A stretch of 64,000 nt of DNA from Thermoanaerobaculia bacterium (GCA_038245905.1 JBBRRY010000005.1:64001-128000); one strand, 5' to 3'. Shown: positions 36,350 to 48,953, numbered from the stretch's first letter. The notes: generated from the sequence alone by a model not told the origin. Program-made: numbers and translations.

Positions 36350-38782
36350 CTACCGGCCCGTACCGATGGGTTCGGGAGCGGGAGCCTGAACCTGAACCCT
36401 CAGTTCGTCTCCTGATACGGTCACTTCGACACACTCGATAGGCTCTCGCGAACCAATCAGCAATTCCGATACCGCGTCCTCGACGTGCCGCTGGATGGTC
36501 CGGCGAAGCGGACGCGCGCCCGAGTGCATGTCGTGGCCCGAGGCCTTGAGGAGCCAGTCGACGGCCGCCTCGTCGACCACGAGCCTGAGGCCGCGGTGCT
36601 TCAGCGTCTCGCCGACGTCGTCGAGAAGGAGGCGTCCGATCGCCCGGAGCTCCGGGAGGCCCAGGGGGTTGAAGACGATGATCTCGTCGACCCGGTTGAT
36701 GAACTCCGGCGAGAACTCGCGCCGCAGCTCCTTGAGGACCATTTCTTCGACCTCACGCTTCTCGGGGGCGTTCTTCGAGTCGCCGAAACCCATGCGGCTC
36801 CCGGTGACGAGGTACTTCGTGCCCACGTTCGAGGTCATGATGATGAGCGTGTTCTTGAAGTCGACGACATTGCCGTAAGCGTCCGTGAGCTGGCCGTCCT
36901 CGAGGATCTGGAGGAGCAGGTTCGCGATGTCCGGGTGCGCTTTCTCGATCTCGTCGAGCAGGATCACGGAGTAGGGCTGGCGACGGATTCGCTCCGTGAG
37001 CTGGCCGCCTTCCTCGTGGCCGACGTAGCCCGGCGGCGAGCCGATGAGCTTGGAGACGGCGTGCTTTTCCATGTACTCGGACATGTCGAACCGCACGAGC
37101 GCTTTCGGGTTGTTGAAGAGGAACTCGGCGAGCTGGCGCGCGGCCTCGGTCTTTCCGACGCCGGAGGGACCGAGGAAGATGAACGAGCCCATCGGGCGGT
37201 TCGGGTTCTTCACGCCGAGGCGCGAACGGCGGATCGCGCGGCTGATCGCCTCGAGCGAACGGTCCTGGCCGATGACCCGCTTCTTGAGGGATTCTTCCAT
37301 GTGGAGGAGCTTCTCGGCCTCCTCCATCTGGAGCGCCGTCACGGGAATGCCGGTCCAGCTCGAGATGATCTCCTCGATGTCCGCACGCGTCACTTCGACA
37401 GGAGCCCCGCTGTCGAGCGACGAGGTCTTCGTGCGCTCGATCTCTTCCTTGATCTCGATCTCGCGCTCGCGGAGGAAGACCGCCCGCTCGAAGTCCTTCT
37501 CCGAGATGGCCTTCTTCATCTCCTTGACGATCTGCTTGATTTCGTTCTCGAGCCGCCTCAGATTCTGGGTGTCGGCCGTCTTCCGGAGCTTCACCTTCGC
37601 GCCGGCCTCATCGAGGATGTCGATGGCCTTGTCGGGGAAGAAGCGGTCCGGGATGTAGCGGTTCGCCTGGTAGACGGCCGCCTTGATGGCGTCCGCCGTG
37701 TAGCGGACACGATGGAACGACTCGTAGCGCTCGCGCACGCCCTCGAGAATCCGGAGTGTTTCCTCCTCGTCCGGAGGGGCGACCGTGATGGCCTGGAACC
37801 GGCGCAGGAGCGAACGGTCCTTCTCGATGTACTTCCGGTATTCCTTCAGCGTCGTCGCGCCGATGCAGGCGATCTCGCCGCGCGACAGCGCCGGCTTGAG
37901 AATGTTCGCGGCGTCGAGCGAGCCCTCGGCCGAGCCCGCACCGATGAGAGAGTGGATCTCGTCGATGAAGACGATGAGGTCCTGGTTTTCCTTCAGCTCC
38001 TTGAGGATTCCCTTCAGACGCTCCTCGAACTGGCCGCGGTACTTCGTGCCCGCGACGATGAGCGAAAGGTCGAGCGCGAGGATCTTCCGCTGCGCGAGGA
38101 ACAGCGGCACGCCGCCCTCGACGATGCGCTGCGCGAGCCCCTCGACGATGGCCGTCTTGCCGACGCCCGGCTCCCCGAGGAGGATCGGGTTGTTCTTCGT
38201 CCGGCGGGACAGAATCTGAATGATGCGCTCGACCTCCAGGTCGCGCCCCACGAGGGGATCGAACGCGTTCTGCTGCGCGAGGGCGGTCAGGTCGCGCGCG
38301 TACTCGGCCAGGAACGGAAGCTCCTTCTTCTGCTTCGAAGCCTCGCGCTCCTTGATGAGCGCGATCGTCTCTTCCCGGACGCCGTACAGGTTGAAGCCGT
38401 GCGCCATGAGAATGCGTCCCGCGACGCAGGGATCGACCCGGAGAATCCCGATGAGGAGGTGCTCCGTGCCGACATAGGGATGCATCATCGACTCCGCCTC
38501 GTGGGAGGCGTACGCGAGGATCTTCTTCGACTCCTCCGAGAGCGGGAGCTCCTGAGTGGAGGACACGCGCTCGACGAAGACGCGGTCGCCCTCGACCTCT
38601 CGCCGGATGTCGTCGGGCTTCACGTTGAAGCGGGCGAAGATCTCCTTGATGATCTCCTCGCCCTCGCGAAGAACCCCGAGCAGAATGTGCTCGGACTCGA
38701 TGACCTTCGACCCCAGCTTCGAGGACTCGTACCGGGCGAAAAACAGTGCCCGGCGCGCCTTCTCGTTGTACTTTTCGAACAT
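36350..38782 (-). CDS. clpC: ATP-dependent Clp protease ATPase subunit (ClpC-type)
   Basis: Clp N repeats, GEPGVGKT and [11 protein letters not shown]-like middle domain, MGFG ClpP-docking loop. Confidence 0.93.
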   Translation of the reverse strand: MFEKYNEKARRALFFARYESSKLGSKVIESEHILLGVLREGEEIIKEIFARFNVKPDDIRREVEGDRVFVERVSSTQELPLSEESKKILAYASHEAESMMHPYVGTEHLLIGILRVDPCVAGRILMAHGFNLYGVREETIALIKEREASKQKKELPFLAEYARDLTALAQQNAFDPLVGRDLEVERIIQILSRRTKNNPILLGEPGVGKTAIVEGLAQRIVEGGVPLFLAQRKILALDLSLIVAGTKYRGQFEERLKGILKELKENQDLIVFIDEIHSLIGAGSAEGSLDAANILKPALSRGEIACIGATTLKEYRKYIEKDRSLLRRFQAITVAPPDEEETLRILEGVRERYESFHRVRYTADAIKAAVYQANRYIPDRFFPDKAIDILDEAGAKVKLRKTADTQNLRRLENEIKQIVKEMKKAISEKDFERAVFLREREIEIKEEIERTKTSSLDSGAPVEVTRADIEEIISSWTGIPVTALQMEEAEKLLHMEESLKKRVIGQDRSLEAISRAIRRSRLGVKNPNRPMGSFIFLGPSGVGKTEAARQLAEFLFNNPKALVRFDMSEYMEKHAVSKLIGSPPGYVGHEEGGQLTERIRRQPYSVILLDEIEKAHPDIANLLLQILEDGQLTDAYGNVVDFKNTLIIMTSNVGTKYLVTGSRMGFGDSKNAPEKREVEEMVLKELRREFSPEFINRVDEIIVFNPLGLPELRAIGRLLLDDVGETLKHRGLRLVVDEAAVDWLLKASGHDMHSGARPLRRTIQRHVEDAVSELLIGSREPIECVEVTVSGDELRVQVQAPAPEPIGTGR

Positions 38783-38827
38783 TCTCAGAGTACCGTTTTG
38801 ACTCCTTGAAACCGCCGAGAAGGGAAG

Positions 38828-39529
38828 CTAGGCGACATCGCTCAAACCCTCTTCTCCCAGCAGTTTGATCGTAGCACAGCGACGCGCCCACTCCGGGTCG
38901 TGCGTCACGATGATCGCGGCCCCCGCACGCTCTTTCGCCACGTCGGCGAGGAGCTCGAAGACGCGCGCCGCGTGGGCCGCGTCGAGGCTGCCGGTCGGCT
39001 CGTCGCAAAGAAGGAGCCGCGGCCTCCTCACGACCGCGCGGGCGATCGCGACGCGCTGGCGCTCGCCGCCCGAGAGCGTCCGCGGGAAAGCGCCCGCCCG
39101 CCCGAGGAGCCCGACGCGGTCGAGAACCTCGCGCGCCTCGCGGCGGCCCTCTTCTTCCGCACGGCCGGCGAGGAACAACGGCAGGGCCACGTTTTCCTCG
39201 GCGGTGAGCTCCGGCAGCAGGTGGTGGAACTGAAACACGAAGCCCACGCTCGCGCCTCGTACCGCCGCGCGCGGCGCGGGCGCGAGGGTTGCCCAGTCCG
39301 CGCCGTCGAGCGCCACCGTGCCCGCGTCGGGCGTGTCGAGCCCGGCAAAGAGATGGAGCAGCGTCGATTTTCCACAGCCCGAGGGGCCCGTGATGGCGAG
39401 AAGGTCGCCCGCGAGAACGCGGAGCGACACGCTCCGAAAGACCTCGACGCGCCCTTCGTCGGAGCCGAAGCCCTTCGCGAGGCCCTCCGCGACGAGCAAG
39501 GGCGCGGCTTCAGGCACTTCAGGCGCCAC
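38828..39529 (-). CDS. lolD: Lipoprotein-releasing ABC transporter ATPase
   Basis: GPSGCGKST, FVFQFHHLL, LSGGERQRVA, DEPTG. Confidence 0.88.
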   Translation of the reverse strand: MAPEVPEAAPLLVAEGLAKGFGSDEGRVEVFRSVSLRVLAGDLLAITGPSGCGKSTLLHLFAGLDTPDAGTVALDGADWATLAPAPRAAVRGASVGFVFQFHHLLPELTAEENVALPLFLAGRAEEEGRREAREVLDRVGLLGRAGAFPRTLSGGERQRVAIARAVVRRPRLLLCDEPTGSLDAAHAARVFELLADVAKERAGAAIIVTHDPEWARRCATIKLLGEEGLSDVA

Positions 39530-40664
39530 GCAGGGCCTCCACGGCTGGCTGCCGCGCGGCCGTGCGCGCCGGCACGGACGCCACGACGAACGCCCAGAGA
39601 GTCGACAGAGCCGCCACGACCACGACGTCGAAGAGGTCCACGCGGAACGGCGCGTGGCTCATCCCATAGAGCTGGGCCGGGAGCGGGACGACGCCGAATT
39701 TCTCGAGGAGCGTTGCGGCCAAGGTGCCGAGCGCGACGCCGAGGATCGTCCCGGCGAGGCCCACGCCGCCCCCTGCGGCTCGAAACACGTTCTCCACGGT
39801 CTTCGGCGACGCGCCGAGCACCGAGAGCATCGCGGCGTCTCCCGCGCGCGTCGCGGCGAGGACGGCCGACGTCGCCGCGAGGTTCAGGCCCGCGACGATC
39901 ACGATCAGGAACACGGCCGCGAAGAGGACGAAGCGTTCGAGCCGGAGGGCGAGCACGAGGGCCCGGTTCTGCTCCTCCCACGTCGTCACCGTGACGGTGG
40001 GACCGAGCGCGGCCGCGACCGCGGCGGCGCCCTTGCCCGGATGCCCGGCGTCCTTCAGGAGCACCTCGTAACCCGTCGCCCCGTCGGGGCCGAGCGCGAA
40101 GAGGCGCCGCGCCTCGTCGAGCGGCAGGCTTGCCTCGGCCGCGCGCCTGCCCGCCGACGCGGGCGCGAGCGCCAAGACCTTCATCGTCGAGACGATCGGG
40201 ACGGGCCCGAGCGGCGACAGTCGCGAGCGCGACGACACGAGCGTCACGGTCTCGCCCGGCACGACGCCGAGCGGCCGGGCCTGCGCGACGTCGAGGACAA
40301 GCCCCTTAGTCCTCTCGCGCCCCACGATCTCGGCGGGAGCCGCATCCCGCCCCATCGAAACCCAGACACGGCCCCGCGCCACCGGCGAGACGGAAACGAC
40401 TCCGGGGACGGCGGCGAGTCTTCCGCCCACTCGGTCCACGTCGTGGAAGGCGCCTCGTCCGGCGGGCGTCACGAGAAGGTGCGGCGTCTCGGCGAGAAGC
40501 CGGCTCTTCACGTGCGTCTGAAACCCCGCGAGAAGCGCGAGCGAAACGACGAGGGCCGCCACGCCGAGCGCGAGCCCGAGAAACGCCGCGAGCGCGACGA
40601 CGCCCACCTGCGCGTCGCGACGCGACGCGAGGAGATATCTCCTGGCAAGAAAGAAGGAAATCAA
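39519..40664 (-). CDS. lolC: Lipoprotein-releasing ABC transporter permease (LolC/E)
   Basis: FLARRYL, FtsX-type TM arrangement, adjacent to lolD. Confidence 0.85.
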   Translation of the reverse strand: MISFFLARRYLLASRRDAQVGVVALAAFLGLALGVAALVVSLALLAGFQTHVKSRLLAETPHLLVTPAGRGAFHDVDRVGGRLAAVPGVVSVSPVARGRVWVSMGRDAAPAEIVGRERTKGLVLDVAQARPLGVVPGETVTLVSSRSRLSPLGPVPIVSTMKVLALAPASAGRRAAEASLPLDEARRLFALGPDGATGYEVLLKDAGHPGKGAAAVAAALGPTVTVTTWEEQNRALVLALRLERFVLFAAVFLIVIVAGLNLAATSAVLAATRAGDAAMLSVLGASPKTVENVFRAAGGGVGLAGTILGVALGTLAATLLEKFGVVPLPAQLYGMSHAPFRVDLFDVVVVAALSTLWAFVVASVPARTAARQPAVEALRGA

Positions 40665-42226
40665 GCTTTCGGTCGCATGAGCGGAAACAGAATTACGTCG
40701 CGAATGGAATGCGAGTTCGTGAAGAGCATGGCCAGGCGGTCGATGCCGACGCCTTCGCCGGCCGTCGGCGGCATCCCGTATGCGAGCGCCTCGACGTAGT
40801 CCTCGTCGTAGAGCATCGCCTCGTCGTCACCCTTGCCCCGTTCGGCCACCTGCGCGCGGAACTTCTCGGCCTGCTCGTCAGGGTCGTTCAGCTCCGAGAA
40901 GCCGTTCGCGACCTCCATCCGCCCGATGAAGAGCTCGAAGCGGTCGGCAATCGACGAATCGTCCGGCTTCGTCTTCGAGAGCGGCGAGATCTCGGCCGGA
41001 TAGTCGATGACGTACGTGGGCTGAAGAAGCCGTCTCTCCGCGACGGCGGAGAAAATCTCTGCTAATAGCTTTCCTTTGGAATCGCCGAACCTCTCGAGAG
41101 ACTCCACTCCAACCTCACCGGCAATTTTTCTTAGAAGGTGAAGATCGCCGAGGGCCTCCCTCGTGACGCGCGTGCGGCCTCCCGCCTGCACAGGACCATT
41201 CGCAGAAATATTCTCCAGGATCGCATCCACCATGCTGACCCTGCGGAACGGTGCCTTCAGCGAGATCGTCGCGTCGCCCCAGGGCAGGTCCGTGGTTCCG
41301 AGGATTTCCTCGGCGGCTGCCGCGAACAGCTCCTCCGTGAGCGCCATCTGATCGCGCGCGTCCGCGTATGCCGTGTAGAACTCGAGCATCGTGAACTCCG
41401 GGTTGTGCTGCGTCGAGATTCCCTCGTTCCGGAAGTTGCGGTTGATCTCGTACACCCTGGGAAACCCACCCACGACGAGGCGCTTGAGATACAGCTCCGG
41501 CGCGATGCGCAGAAAGAGGTCGAGGTCCAGAGCGTTGTGGTGAGTCCGGAAAGGCCGGGCGGCCGCTCCCCCCGCGAGCGTCTGCATCATCGGCGTCTCC
41601 ACCTCGACAAAGCCGCGCAGGTCGAAGAAGCGACGGATGAAGGCGACGATCTTCGCCCGGATCTCGAAAGTGCGCCTGGTTTCGGGAGAGACGATCAGAT
41701 CGACGTAACGCTGCCGGTACTTCCGCTCGACGTCCGTGAGGCCGTGCCACTTGTCGGGAAGCGGGCGGAGCGACTTCGAAAGAAAATCGAGCGAGGCCGC
41801 CTTGACGGAAAGCTCCCCCGTCCGAGTCCGGAAGATCGATCCCGCGACGCCCACGTGGTCGCCGAGGTCCAGCTGCTCGAAGAGCTCCCAGTCGCCCGTG
41901 CGAAGCGCGTCTTTCTTCACGTAGACCTGGACGCGCTCCGCGCCGTCGGAAAGGTCGAGAAAGACCGCCTTCCCCATCTTCCGGATCGCGAGGATGCGAC
42001 CCGGCACGCGCACCAACCGCTCGGCTTCGGGCAGGGATTCGAGAGCCGCGGCGTCCAAAGACGACCATTTCGCGATCACCTGGAAAACGAGGTGCGTCGG
42101 ATCCCAGCGGTTCGGGTACATCGACCGTCCGAGGGCGGCGATGCGGGCGCGCGCGTCGCGCCGGTTCGCGATCTGCTCGGGGACGCCGGGATCCGGAGAA
42201 ACGGGGACCTTCGGGTCTTCGGCCAT
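40661..42226 (-). CDS. lysS: Lysyl-tRNA synthetase (class II)
   Basis: [37 protein letters not shown]. Confidence 0.97.
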   Translation of the reverse strand: MAEDPKVPVSPDPGVPEQIANRRDARARIAALGRSMYPNRWDPTHLVFQVIAKWSSLDAAALESLPEAERLVRVPGRILAIRKMGKAVFLDLSDGAERVQVYVKKDALRTGDWELFEQLDLGDHVGVAGSIFRTRTGELSVKAASLDFLSKSLRPLPDKWHGLTDVERKYRQRYVDLIVSPETRRTFEIRAKIVAFIRRFFDLRGFVEVETPMMQTLAGGAAARPFRTHHNALDLDLFLRIAPELYLKRLVVGGFPRVYEINRNFRNEGISTQHNPEFTMLEFYTAYADARDQMALTEELFAAAAEEILGTTDLPWGDATISLKAPFRRVSMVDAILENISANGPVQAGGRTRVTREALGDLHLLRKIAGEVGVESLERFGDSKGKLLAEIFSAVAERRLLQPTYVIDYPAEISPLSKTKPDDSSIADRFELFIGRMEVANGFSELNDPDEQAEKFRAQVAERGKGDDEAMLYDEDYVEALAYGMPPTAGEGVGIDRLAMLFTNSHSIRDVILFPLMRPKA

Positions 42227-42230
42227 CTGC

Positions 42231-43817
42231 CTACTCCCCGCCGAGGGCGTCGAAGAGAAGCCAGAGGCCCGCGAAGGCGCGGAGGTGCCGGAAACGCGAA
42301 CGGGTCAGGTGGTTCCAGGGCTCGATTCCCTCCGATTCCGCGGCGACGAGGGCCTCCCGGAACAGGCCGTCGATCTCCCGGGCGCGCGCGAGGCACTTGC
42401 CGGTGGGCGCGAGCGTGTGCTCGGATGCGGTCGAGTCCCCGACCTCGCCCACGAGATCACGCAGGTTACGGGCCTCCTCGTCCATCTTCTGGCGCAGCAC
42501 GGCCGCGTTGAAGAAAAGACGGTCTCGCGCCGCCGCGGGCTCGGCATCTTTTCCTTTCCCCAGGATTCGCAGAGCCGAGCGGACTTCCCAGCCCTCGAGC
42601 CGGGTGCCGTATTCTGGTGCGCCCCCGGGCGGGTCCGAGCGGACGAGATCCACGCTGGCGAAGAGCCGGCGCGCCGCATCGGACGTGAGGCGGTCCGTCT
42701 CGGCGCGCCAGGTCACGCCCGAGACCGCATCGCGCCGGAACGGATGGGGCGTCGCGCCCTTCGCAACGGCTTCCTTCTTCCTTCGACTGCTGCCCGCCGT
42801 GGAATCCGAGCCTACGTCGAACTCGTCGGCGGCCGCGGGGTCGAGTCGCGCGAGGAGCCGGTGAAGTGAGTCCTTGAGGCGTTTGACGTCCCTCGGGCGC
42901 ACGCCGCGCCTTCGGCTCGCCTTCTCGAACTCGTCTTTGTCCTTCCGGAAGCGCTCGAGATCCTCGCGGAACTCGGGGCTCATGAAGCGGGCGTCCTGCT
43001 CGAGGTCCTTTTCCTTCTCGAGGACCTCGCGGGAGGCCGTTAGGATGCGCTCCTCCTCCACCTTGTAAAGCAGCTGGAACTTCTTCTTCACGGCGACGTT
43101 CGAGGACAGGACCGCTTGCATGACCTCCGCCTCGTAAAACGCCTTACCCATCCGGTGCTTGAGCGTCCGGATGTTCTCGAGCGTTTTGCGGTTCGACAGA
43201 TCCTCGAACCTCTCGCAGGCCTCCAGATCGCGCCGCAGGATGTCGAGGAGGGAGACGACCGACTGCACCTCCGCGGCGTCGGCCCGGGGCCGTTCCATGA
43301 GCGACAGGAGAGCGTCACTCAGTTTCTGCAGCTCCGCGGGAGGCTTCAGCTCCGCCTCGCCCCCTTTTCCGGGCGTCGTGCCGAGGCGCGTGAAGAGGAA
43401 GTCCACCTTGTCCATCTCATCGGGCGAAAGCGAGTTCGCGTAGTAGTAGAACTTCAGGATGGAGAGAAGAAGCTCTTCGTCACCCGCCTTCACGCGCTCG
43501 AAGAACTGGCGCATCGTGCTCGGCGAAATCTGGCGGTCGTCCCCGGCCAGAGTCGCGTGCAAGGCGTCGAGCTGTATGTCCAGGCGCGTCATCGCCACCC
43601 GCGTGTCGTCGGAGTGTTCGACGCCCTTCGTCTCCTTGATCCGCTTGATCTGCTCGTAAAGAGGAGCGAACGAGACGGCCGGTCCGGTGGACCCGCGCAG
43701 GCTCGTCCGGTGCACACCCTGAAGAAACTGATGAAATGTCCACAAGGTCTTGAATTTCGCGGAAAGCCGCACATAGGCCTGCGAGATCTCTTCGGATTCC
43801 GGCGCTGTGCTGTTCAC
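42231..43817 (-). CDS. Hypothetical all-helical soluble protein
   Basis: 528-aa ORF with host-like codon bias, ending 4 nt before the lysS start. No motif recognised. Confidence 0.8.
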   Translation of the reverse strand: MNSTAPESEEISQAYVRLSAKFKTLWTFHQFLQGVHRTSLRGSTGPAVSFAPLYEQIKRIKETKGVEHSDDTRVAMTRLDIQLDALHATLAGDDRQISPSTMRQFFERVKAGDEELLLSILKFYYYANSLSPDEMDKVDFLFTRLGTTPGKGGEAELKPPAELQKLSDALLSLMERPRADAAEVQSVVSLLDILRRDLEACERFEDLSNRKTLENIRTLKHRMGKAFYEAEVMQAVLSSNVAVKKKFQLLYKVEEERILTASREVLEKEKDLEQDARFMSPEFREDLERFRKDKDEFEKASRRRGVRPRDVKRLKDSLHRLLARLDPAAADEFDVGSDSTAGSSRRKKEAVAKGATPHPFRRDAVSGVTWRAETDRLTSDAARRLFASVDLVRSDPPGGAPEYGTRLEGWEVRSALRILGKGKDAEPAAARDRLFFNAAVLRQKMDEEARNLRDLVGEVGDSTASEHTLAPTGKCLARAREIDGLFREALVAAESEGIEPWNHLTRSRFRHLRAFAGLWLLFDALGGE

Positions 43818-43843
43818 GATTCGTGGATGATAATCTGACTCTC

Positions 43844-44362
43844 GTGATCGACCGTATCCTGCTTTCCGAAGAGACGATCGCGAAGCGTCTCGACGTCCTC
43901 GCGAAGGAAATCGACGCCGTGTACGCGGGCAAGGACCTCCTCGCCATCGGGATCCTGAAGGGCTCGGTCTTCTTCCTCACCGACCTCTTGAAGCGCCTCA
44001 AGGTCCCCGTCGCGGTGGACTTTCTCCAGGTGCGCTCCTACGCCGGGACGAGCTCCTCGGGAAATATCAACATCGTCCACGACCTCTCGATGGACATTCA
44101 GGGCAAGCACGTCCTCCTGTTCGAGGACGTGATCGATTCGGGGCTGACTCTCCGGAAGATCCTCGAGCTTCTCGGATCGCGCAAGCCCCGTTCCCTCCGC
44201 GTGGCGGCCCTCCTCAAGAAGAAGCTTCCCGAAAACAGGGACATTCACGCGGAATTCCTCGGATTCGAGATCGGCCCCGAGTTCGTCGTGGGCTACGGCC
44301 TCGACCTCGACGAAAAATACCGCAATCTGCCGCACGTGGCTGTATGGGACCCCACGCGATGA
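43844..44362 (+). CDS. hpt: Hypoxanthine phosphoribosyltransferase
   Basis: ILKGS, LLFEDVIDSGLTL, FVVGYGLD..YRNLP. Start inferred at GTG 43844 (alternative 43823). Confidence 0.95.
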   Translation: MIDRILLSEETIAKRLDVLAKEIDAVYAGKDLLAIGILKGSVFFLTDLLKRLKVPVAVDFLQVRSYAGTSSSGNINIVHDLSMDIQGKHVLLFEDVIDSGLTLRKILELLGSRKPRSLRVAALLKKKLPENRDIHAEFLGFEIGPEFVVGYGLDLDEKYRNLPHVAVWDPTR

Positions 44363-44757
44363 ACCAGGACGCCATGAACATGAAAACCGTCTCCGTCGAG
44401 GACGCTCCCAAGGCCATCGGCCCATACGCCCAGGGCATCGTCGCGGGCGGCCTCCTGTTCACGGCCGGCCAGACGCCGCTCGATCCGGCGACGATGAAGC
44501 TCGTCGCGGGCGACGTCGGAGCGCAGACGCACCGCGTCCTCGACAACCTCGAGGCCGTACTGCGCGGCGCGGGCGCGACGCTGGCGGACGTCGTCCGCGC
44601 CGGCGTGTTTCTCGTCGATATGGCGGACTTCGCGAAAATGAACGAGGCTTACGCGGCGCGTTTCGGCGACCACCGCCCCGCGCGCACGACCGTCGCCGTC
44701 GCGGCGCTTCCCCTCGGCGCCCGGGTGGAGATCGATCTCGTCGTCCGCGTAGGATAG
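44359..44757 (+). CDS. ridA: RidA/YjgF family enamine deaminase
   Basis: APKAIGPYAQ, FAKMNEAY, PARTTV, LPLGARVEI. Confidence 0.93.
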   Translation: MNQDAMNMKTVSVEDAPKAIGPYAQGIVAGGLLFTAGQTPLDPATMKLVAGDVGAQTHRVLDNLEAVLRGAGATLADVVRAGVFLVDMADFAKMNEAYAARFGDHRPARTTVAVAALPLGARVEIDLVVRVG

Positions 44758-44794
44758 GCCCCCTGTCCCGACACTTCGGACGTCAAGGAGCCCC

Positions 44795-45232
44795 ATGCGC
44801 TGGAATCGCTGCCTCCCTGCTCTCGCCTTGCTCATCTTCCTTCCGGTCCGCGCCGACGAGGGCGCGGCGAGCGCCCAACAGAAGGAGCCCGCTGCAAAGA
44901 AGGCTCCGACTGCTGCGGCGAACCCCGCGGCCCGGTCCTCCCTGACCGTGGCGCGCGATCCCGTGACCGGCGCCCTGCGTCCTCTGACCGCCGAAGAGGC
45001 ACGCCAGCTCATCGGAAGGCAACCTCTGGTCGCGCGCGACCCGCAGGTCGTCACGCTGCCGGACGGAACCCGGATGATGCGGCTCGGACCGGAACACGCC
45101 AGCCTTTCCGTCGCCCGGAAGAATCCGGACGGAACGCTCACGAGCGAGTGCGTCCACGGCACGGCTGAAGCACGAGCCTTCCTCGAGGCCGCGCCTGGAC
45201 CCGTTCCGGCCCCCGCGACCCGGGAGAGGTAG
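44795..45232 (+). CDS. Secreted small protein resembling the 'post-PEP-CTERM-1' family
   Basis: Signal peptide; RDPVTGALRP..LPDGT..VARKNPDGTLTSECV pattern (family recognised from memory). Confidence 0.65.
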   Translation: MRWNRCLPALALLIFLPVRADEGAASAQQKEPAAKKAPTAAANPAARSSLTVARDPVTGALRPLTAEEARQLIGRQPLVARDPQVVTLPDGTRMMRLGPEHASLSVARKNPDGTLTSECVHGTAEARAFLEAAPGPVPAPATRER

Positions 45233-45239
45233 AAGCAAC

Positions 45240-47315
45240 ATGCCGCGCCGCTCGCTGTTGCTGCCTCTCCTCCTCCTCGCGACGCTCGCCGCCCGGCCCC
45301 TTTTCGCGGTGAGCATCGTCATCGTCAATACGGATCCGGCGGGAGCCGGCCTCAACGATCCGACTCCGGTCTCCCCCGTCGGTGGAAACGCGGGCACGAC
45401 GCTCGGCCAGCAGCGCCTTCTCGTGTTCCAGCAGGCCGCCGCGATCTGGGGTGGGCTTCTCACGAGCTCCGTCCCGATCCGGGTGAGCGCGAGCTTTGCT
45501 CCTCTCACGTGCAGCGAGACGTCCGGCGTCATCGGTTCGACCTTCGCGAACACGGTCTACTCCGATTTCACCGGAGCCCCCATGACGGGGACGTGGTACC
45601 CGAAAGGGTTCGCGAACAGGTTCGTGGGCTCGGACCTCGACGGCACGACGTTCGACATGACGGCGCAGTTCAACAGCTCCCTCGGTCAGACGGGCTGCCT
45701 CACGGGCGCGTCGCTCTATCTCGGCTTCGACAATCTCGCCGGGACAAAAATCAATTTCCTCACGGTCGCCCTGCACGAGTTCGCCCACGGGCTCGGGTTC
45801 TTCTCGGTCGTGAAATCCACCGGAGCGTTCCTCGGCACCCCGGCCATTCCTTCCATCTTCGACCGCTTCATCTACGACGACACGCTCGGCCAGACGTGGG
45901 ACAAGCTCACGGACGCCCAGCGTGCGACGTCCCAGGTCAACACCGGCAGCCTCTCGTGGTCCGGTACGGCCGCGAACGCGTTCGCGGCCTCGTATCTGGG
46001 CAAGAGGCAGCGGCTGCTCGTGACCGCTCCCCCGGCCGTGGCCGGCGCCTACTCCTTTGGCACGGCCGACTTCGGACCCGCGCCCTCGAATCCCGGCGTC
46101 ACGGGTCAGATCGTCGCCGCCACGTCGAGCCTGGCCACGGACGGCTGCAGCGCGATCACGTCGAGCGTCTCCGGCAAGATCGCGCTGATGGATCGCGGAA
46201 CGTGCAATTTCACGGTCAAAGTCAAGAACGCCCAGAACGCAGGTGCGATCGGCGCGATCATCGCGGACAACATCGTCGAGGGCCTGCGCGGGATGTCCGG
46301 CACGGACGCCACGATCACGATCCCCTCCGTCCTCGTCACGATGAGCGACGGCACGACGCTTCGCGCGAACCTTCCCGCGTCGGCGAATCTCGGCACCGAC
46401 GCGACGCTCCTCGCCGGCGCGGACGCGGCCGGCCGGATGCTCCTCTACGCGCCGAACCCGCGCGAAAGCGGTTCGTCGGTGTCCCACTTCGACACGACGG
46501 CGTTTCCGAACCTTCTCATGGAGCCGAACATCTCGTCCGACCTGCCGATCGGCGTCGACGCCACGCTTCCGCTGTTCAACGACATCGGGTGGTTCGCCGG
46601 TACGAGCGGCCCGTCGACGACGTATCTCTTGCCCTCGAGCGCCCACGCGGGCGGCAAGAACAACGCCTTCTACACGACGGACCTGACGATCGCGAACCGC
46701 GGCGGGACGGACGCGAATCTCACGCTCCAGTTCCTGGGCCACGACCAGGACGGCACCGCGGGCGCGAGGCAGCTTCGCGCGCTCGCGTCGAACAGGGCCG
46801 TGACCTACGCCGACGTTCTCGCGTCGATCTTCGGCGTCAATGCCACGGATGCGCAGAACTACGGCGCGATCCTCGTCACGGCCGACTCGGCGTCGCTCAA
46901 GGTCGTCAGCCAGACGTCGACGCCGCCACCGAACGGCGTCGGGACGTTCGGTCAGGCCGTTCCGGCCCAGGGCGCGAACGACTTCGTCACGCCGTCCTCG
47001 CCGAAGTCTCTCGTCGCCCTCCGCGACGACACGTCCTTCCACACGAACCTCGTCCTCGCGAACGCGACGACCTCGGGCGTCGTCGTAAACCTCATGCTGC
47101 TCGGCGCGGACGGCTCGACGTTCGGCACGACCTCCCGGACGCTGTCTCCTCTCGGGATGACGCAAATCGGCAACGCCGTCACGGCGCTCGGTGCGCCCTT
47201 CGGCACGACGAACGCGGTTCTCGTCGTGTCGACCGCGACGGCCGGCGCGCAGGTCGCGACGTACGCCTCGGTCATCGACAACACCACGAACGACCCGAGG
47301 ACGATCCTTCCGTAA
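45240..47315 (+). CDS. Secreted zinc metallopeptidase with PA domain and conserved C-terminal domain
   Basis: Signal peptide, HEFAHGLGF, PA domain (KIALMDRGTCNFTVKVKNAQNAGA), SSVSHFD..LMEP. Confidence 0.88.
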   Translation: MPRRSLLLPLLLLATLAARPLFAVSIVIVNTDPAGAGLNDPTPVSPVGGNAGTTLGQQRLLVFQQAAAIWGGLLTSSVPIRVSASFAPLTCSETSGVIGSTFANTVYSDFTGAPMTGTWYPKGFANRFVGSDLDGTTFDMTAQFNSSLGQTGCLTGASLYLGFDNLAGTKINFLTVALHEFAHGLGFFSVVKSTGAFLGTPAIPSIFDRFIYDDTLGQTWDKLTDAQRATSQVNTGSLSWSGTAANAFAASYLGKRQRLLVTAPPAVAGAYSFGTADFGPAPSNPGVTGQIVAATSSLATDGCSAITSSVSGKIALMDRGTCNFTVKVKNAQNAGAIGAIIADNIVEGLRGMSGTDATITIPSVLVTMSDGTTLRANLPASANLGTDATLLAGADAAGRMLLYAPNPRESGSSVSHFDTTAFPNLLMEPNISSDLPIGVDATLPLFNDIGWFAGTSGPSTTYLLPSSAHAGGKNNAFYTTDLTIANRGGTDANLTLQFLGHDQDGTAGARQLRALASNRAVTYADVLASIFGVNATDAQNYGAILVTADSASLKVVSQTSTPPPNGVGTFGQAVPAQGANDFVTPSSPKSLVALRDDTSFHTNLVLANATTSGVVVNLMLLGADGSTFGTTSRTLSPLGMTQIGNAVTALGAPFGTTNAVLVVSTATAGAQVATYASVIDNTTNDPRTILP

Positions 47316-47347
47316 GGAGGTTCGAGAAAAGGGACGGCGGCACACGC

Positions 47348-47386
47348 ATGGCCATGACCGTCGGCATCATGGGATTCGGGAGGACC
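47348..47386 (+). pseudogene. Possible N-terminal remnant of a glyceraldehyde-3-phosphate dehydrogenase gene
   Basis: MAMTVGIMGFGRT resembles the GAPDH start (VGINGFGRIG). Similarity ends at once. Confidence 0.45.
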
Positions 47387-47396
47387 CCTAGAATCT

Positions 47397-48440
<1,044 letters not shown>

Positions 48441-48447
48441 GCTCCGA

Positions 48448-48921
48448 TCATCCCAGAACGAGCGCGGCGAGGGCGAGGAGGAAGCCGAGGAAGTCGATCT
48501 TGCTCCCTCGCGCGCGAGCAGCATCCCGTTTCGATTGCCAGGGCGCTCGAAGATTTTCTTCGAGGGTGGACGAGCGTTCGTCGTAGTACCGGGCCTTCGG
48601 CGCCACGACCATGACGGAGTAGACGAGGGAGGCCACGAGGACGAAGAGCACGACGGCCCTCGCGACGTGCGAAGGCGGCAGCGCGCTGCCCATGACCTGC
48701 ACTTCGAGCAGCACGCCGACGAGGAGCGCCCCCGCCGCCACGAACCGCGCCCGGCCGAAGCCCTCCCCCTCCTCCCCTTCAAAGAAAATTCTCTTCTCTT
48801 CCTCCGGCTCGGCCCTCGTCATCCTCCCCAACACCCGGGCCAGCGGCAATCCGACGAAGACGGACAGCCCGAGCGCGACGAGAACGCGAGACACTTCGAG
48901 CAGAAAATCAGGCAGCGACAT
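48448..48921 (-). CDS. Hypothetical membrane protein (DUF4149-like)
   Basis: Four hydrophobic segments. Confidence 0.65.
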   Translation of the reverse strand: MSLPDFLLEVSRVLVALGLSVFVGLPLARVLGRMTRAEPEEEKRIFFEGEEGEGFGRARFVAAGALLVGVLLEVQVMGSALPPSHVARAVVLFVLVASLVYSVMVVAPKARYYDERSSTLEENLRAPWQSKRDAARARGSKIDFLGFLLALAALVLG

Positions 48922-48953
48922 TTCGGCGAGTCTAGCGGGATAATTCGACCGGG

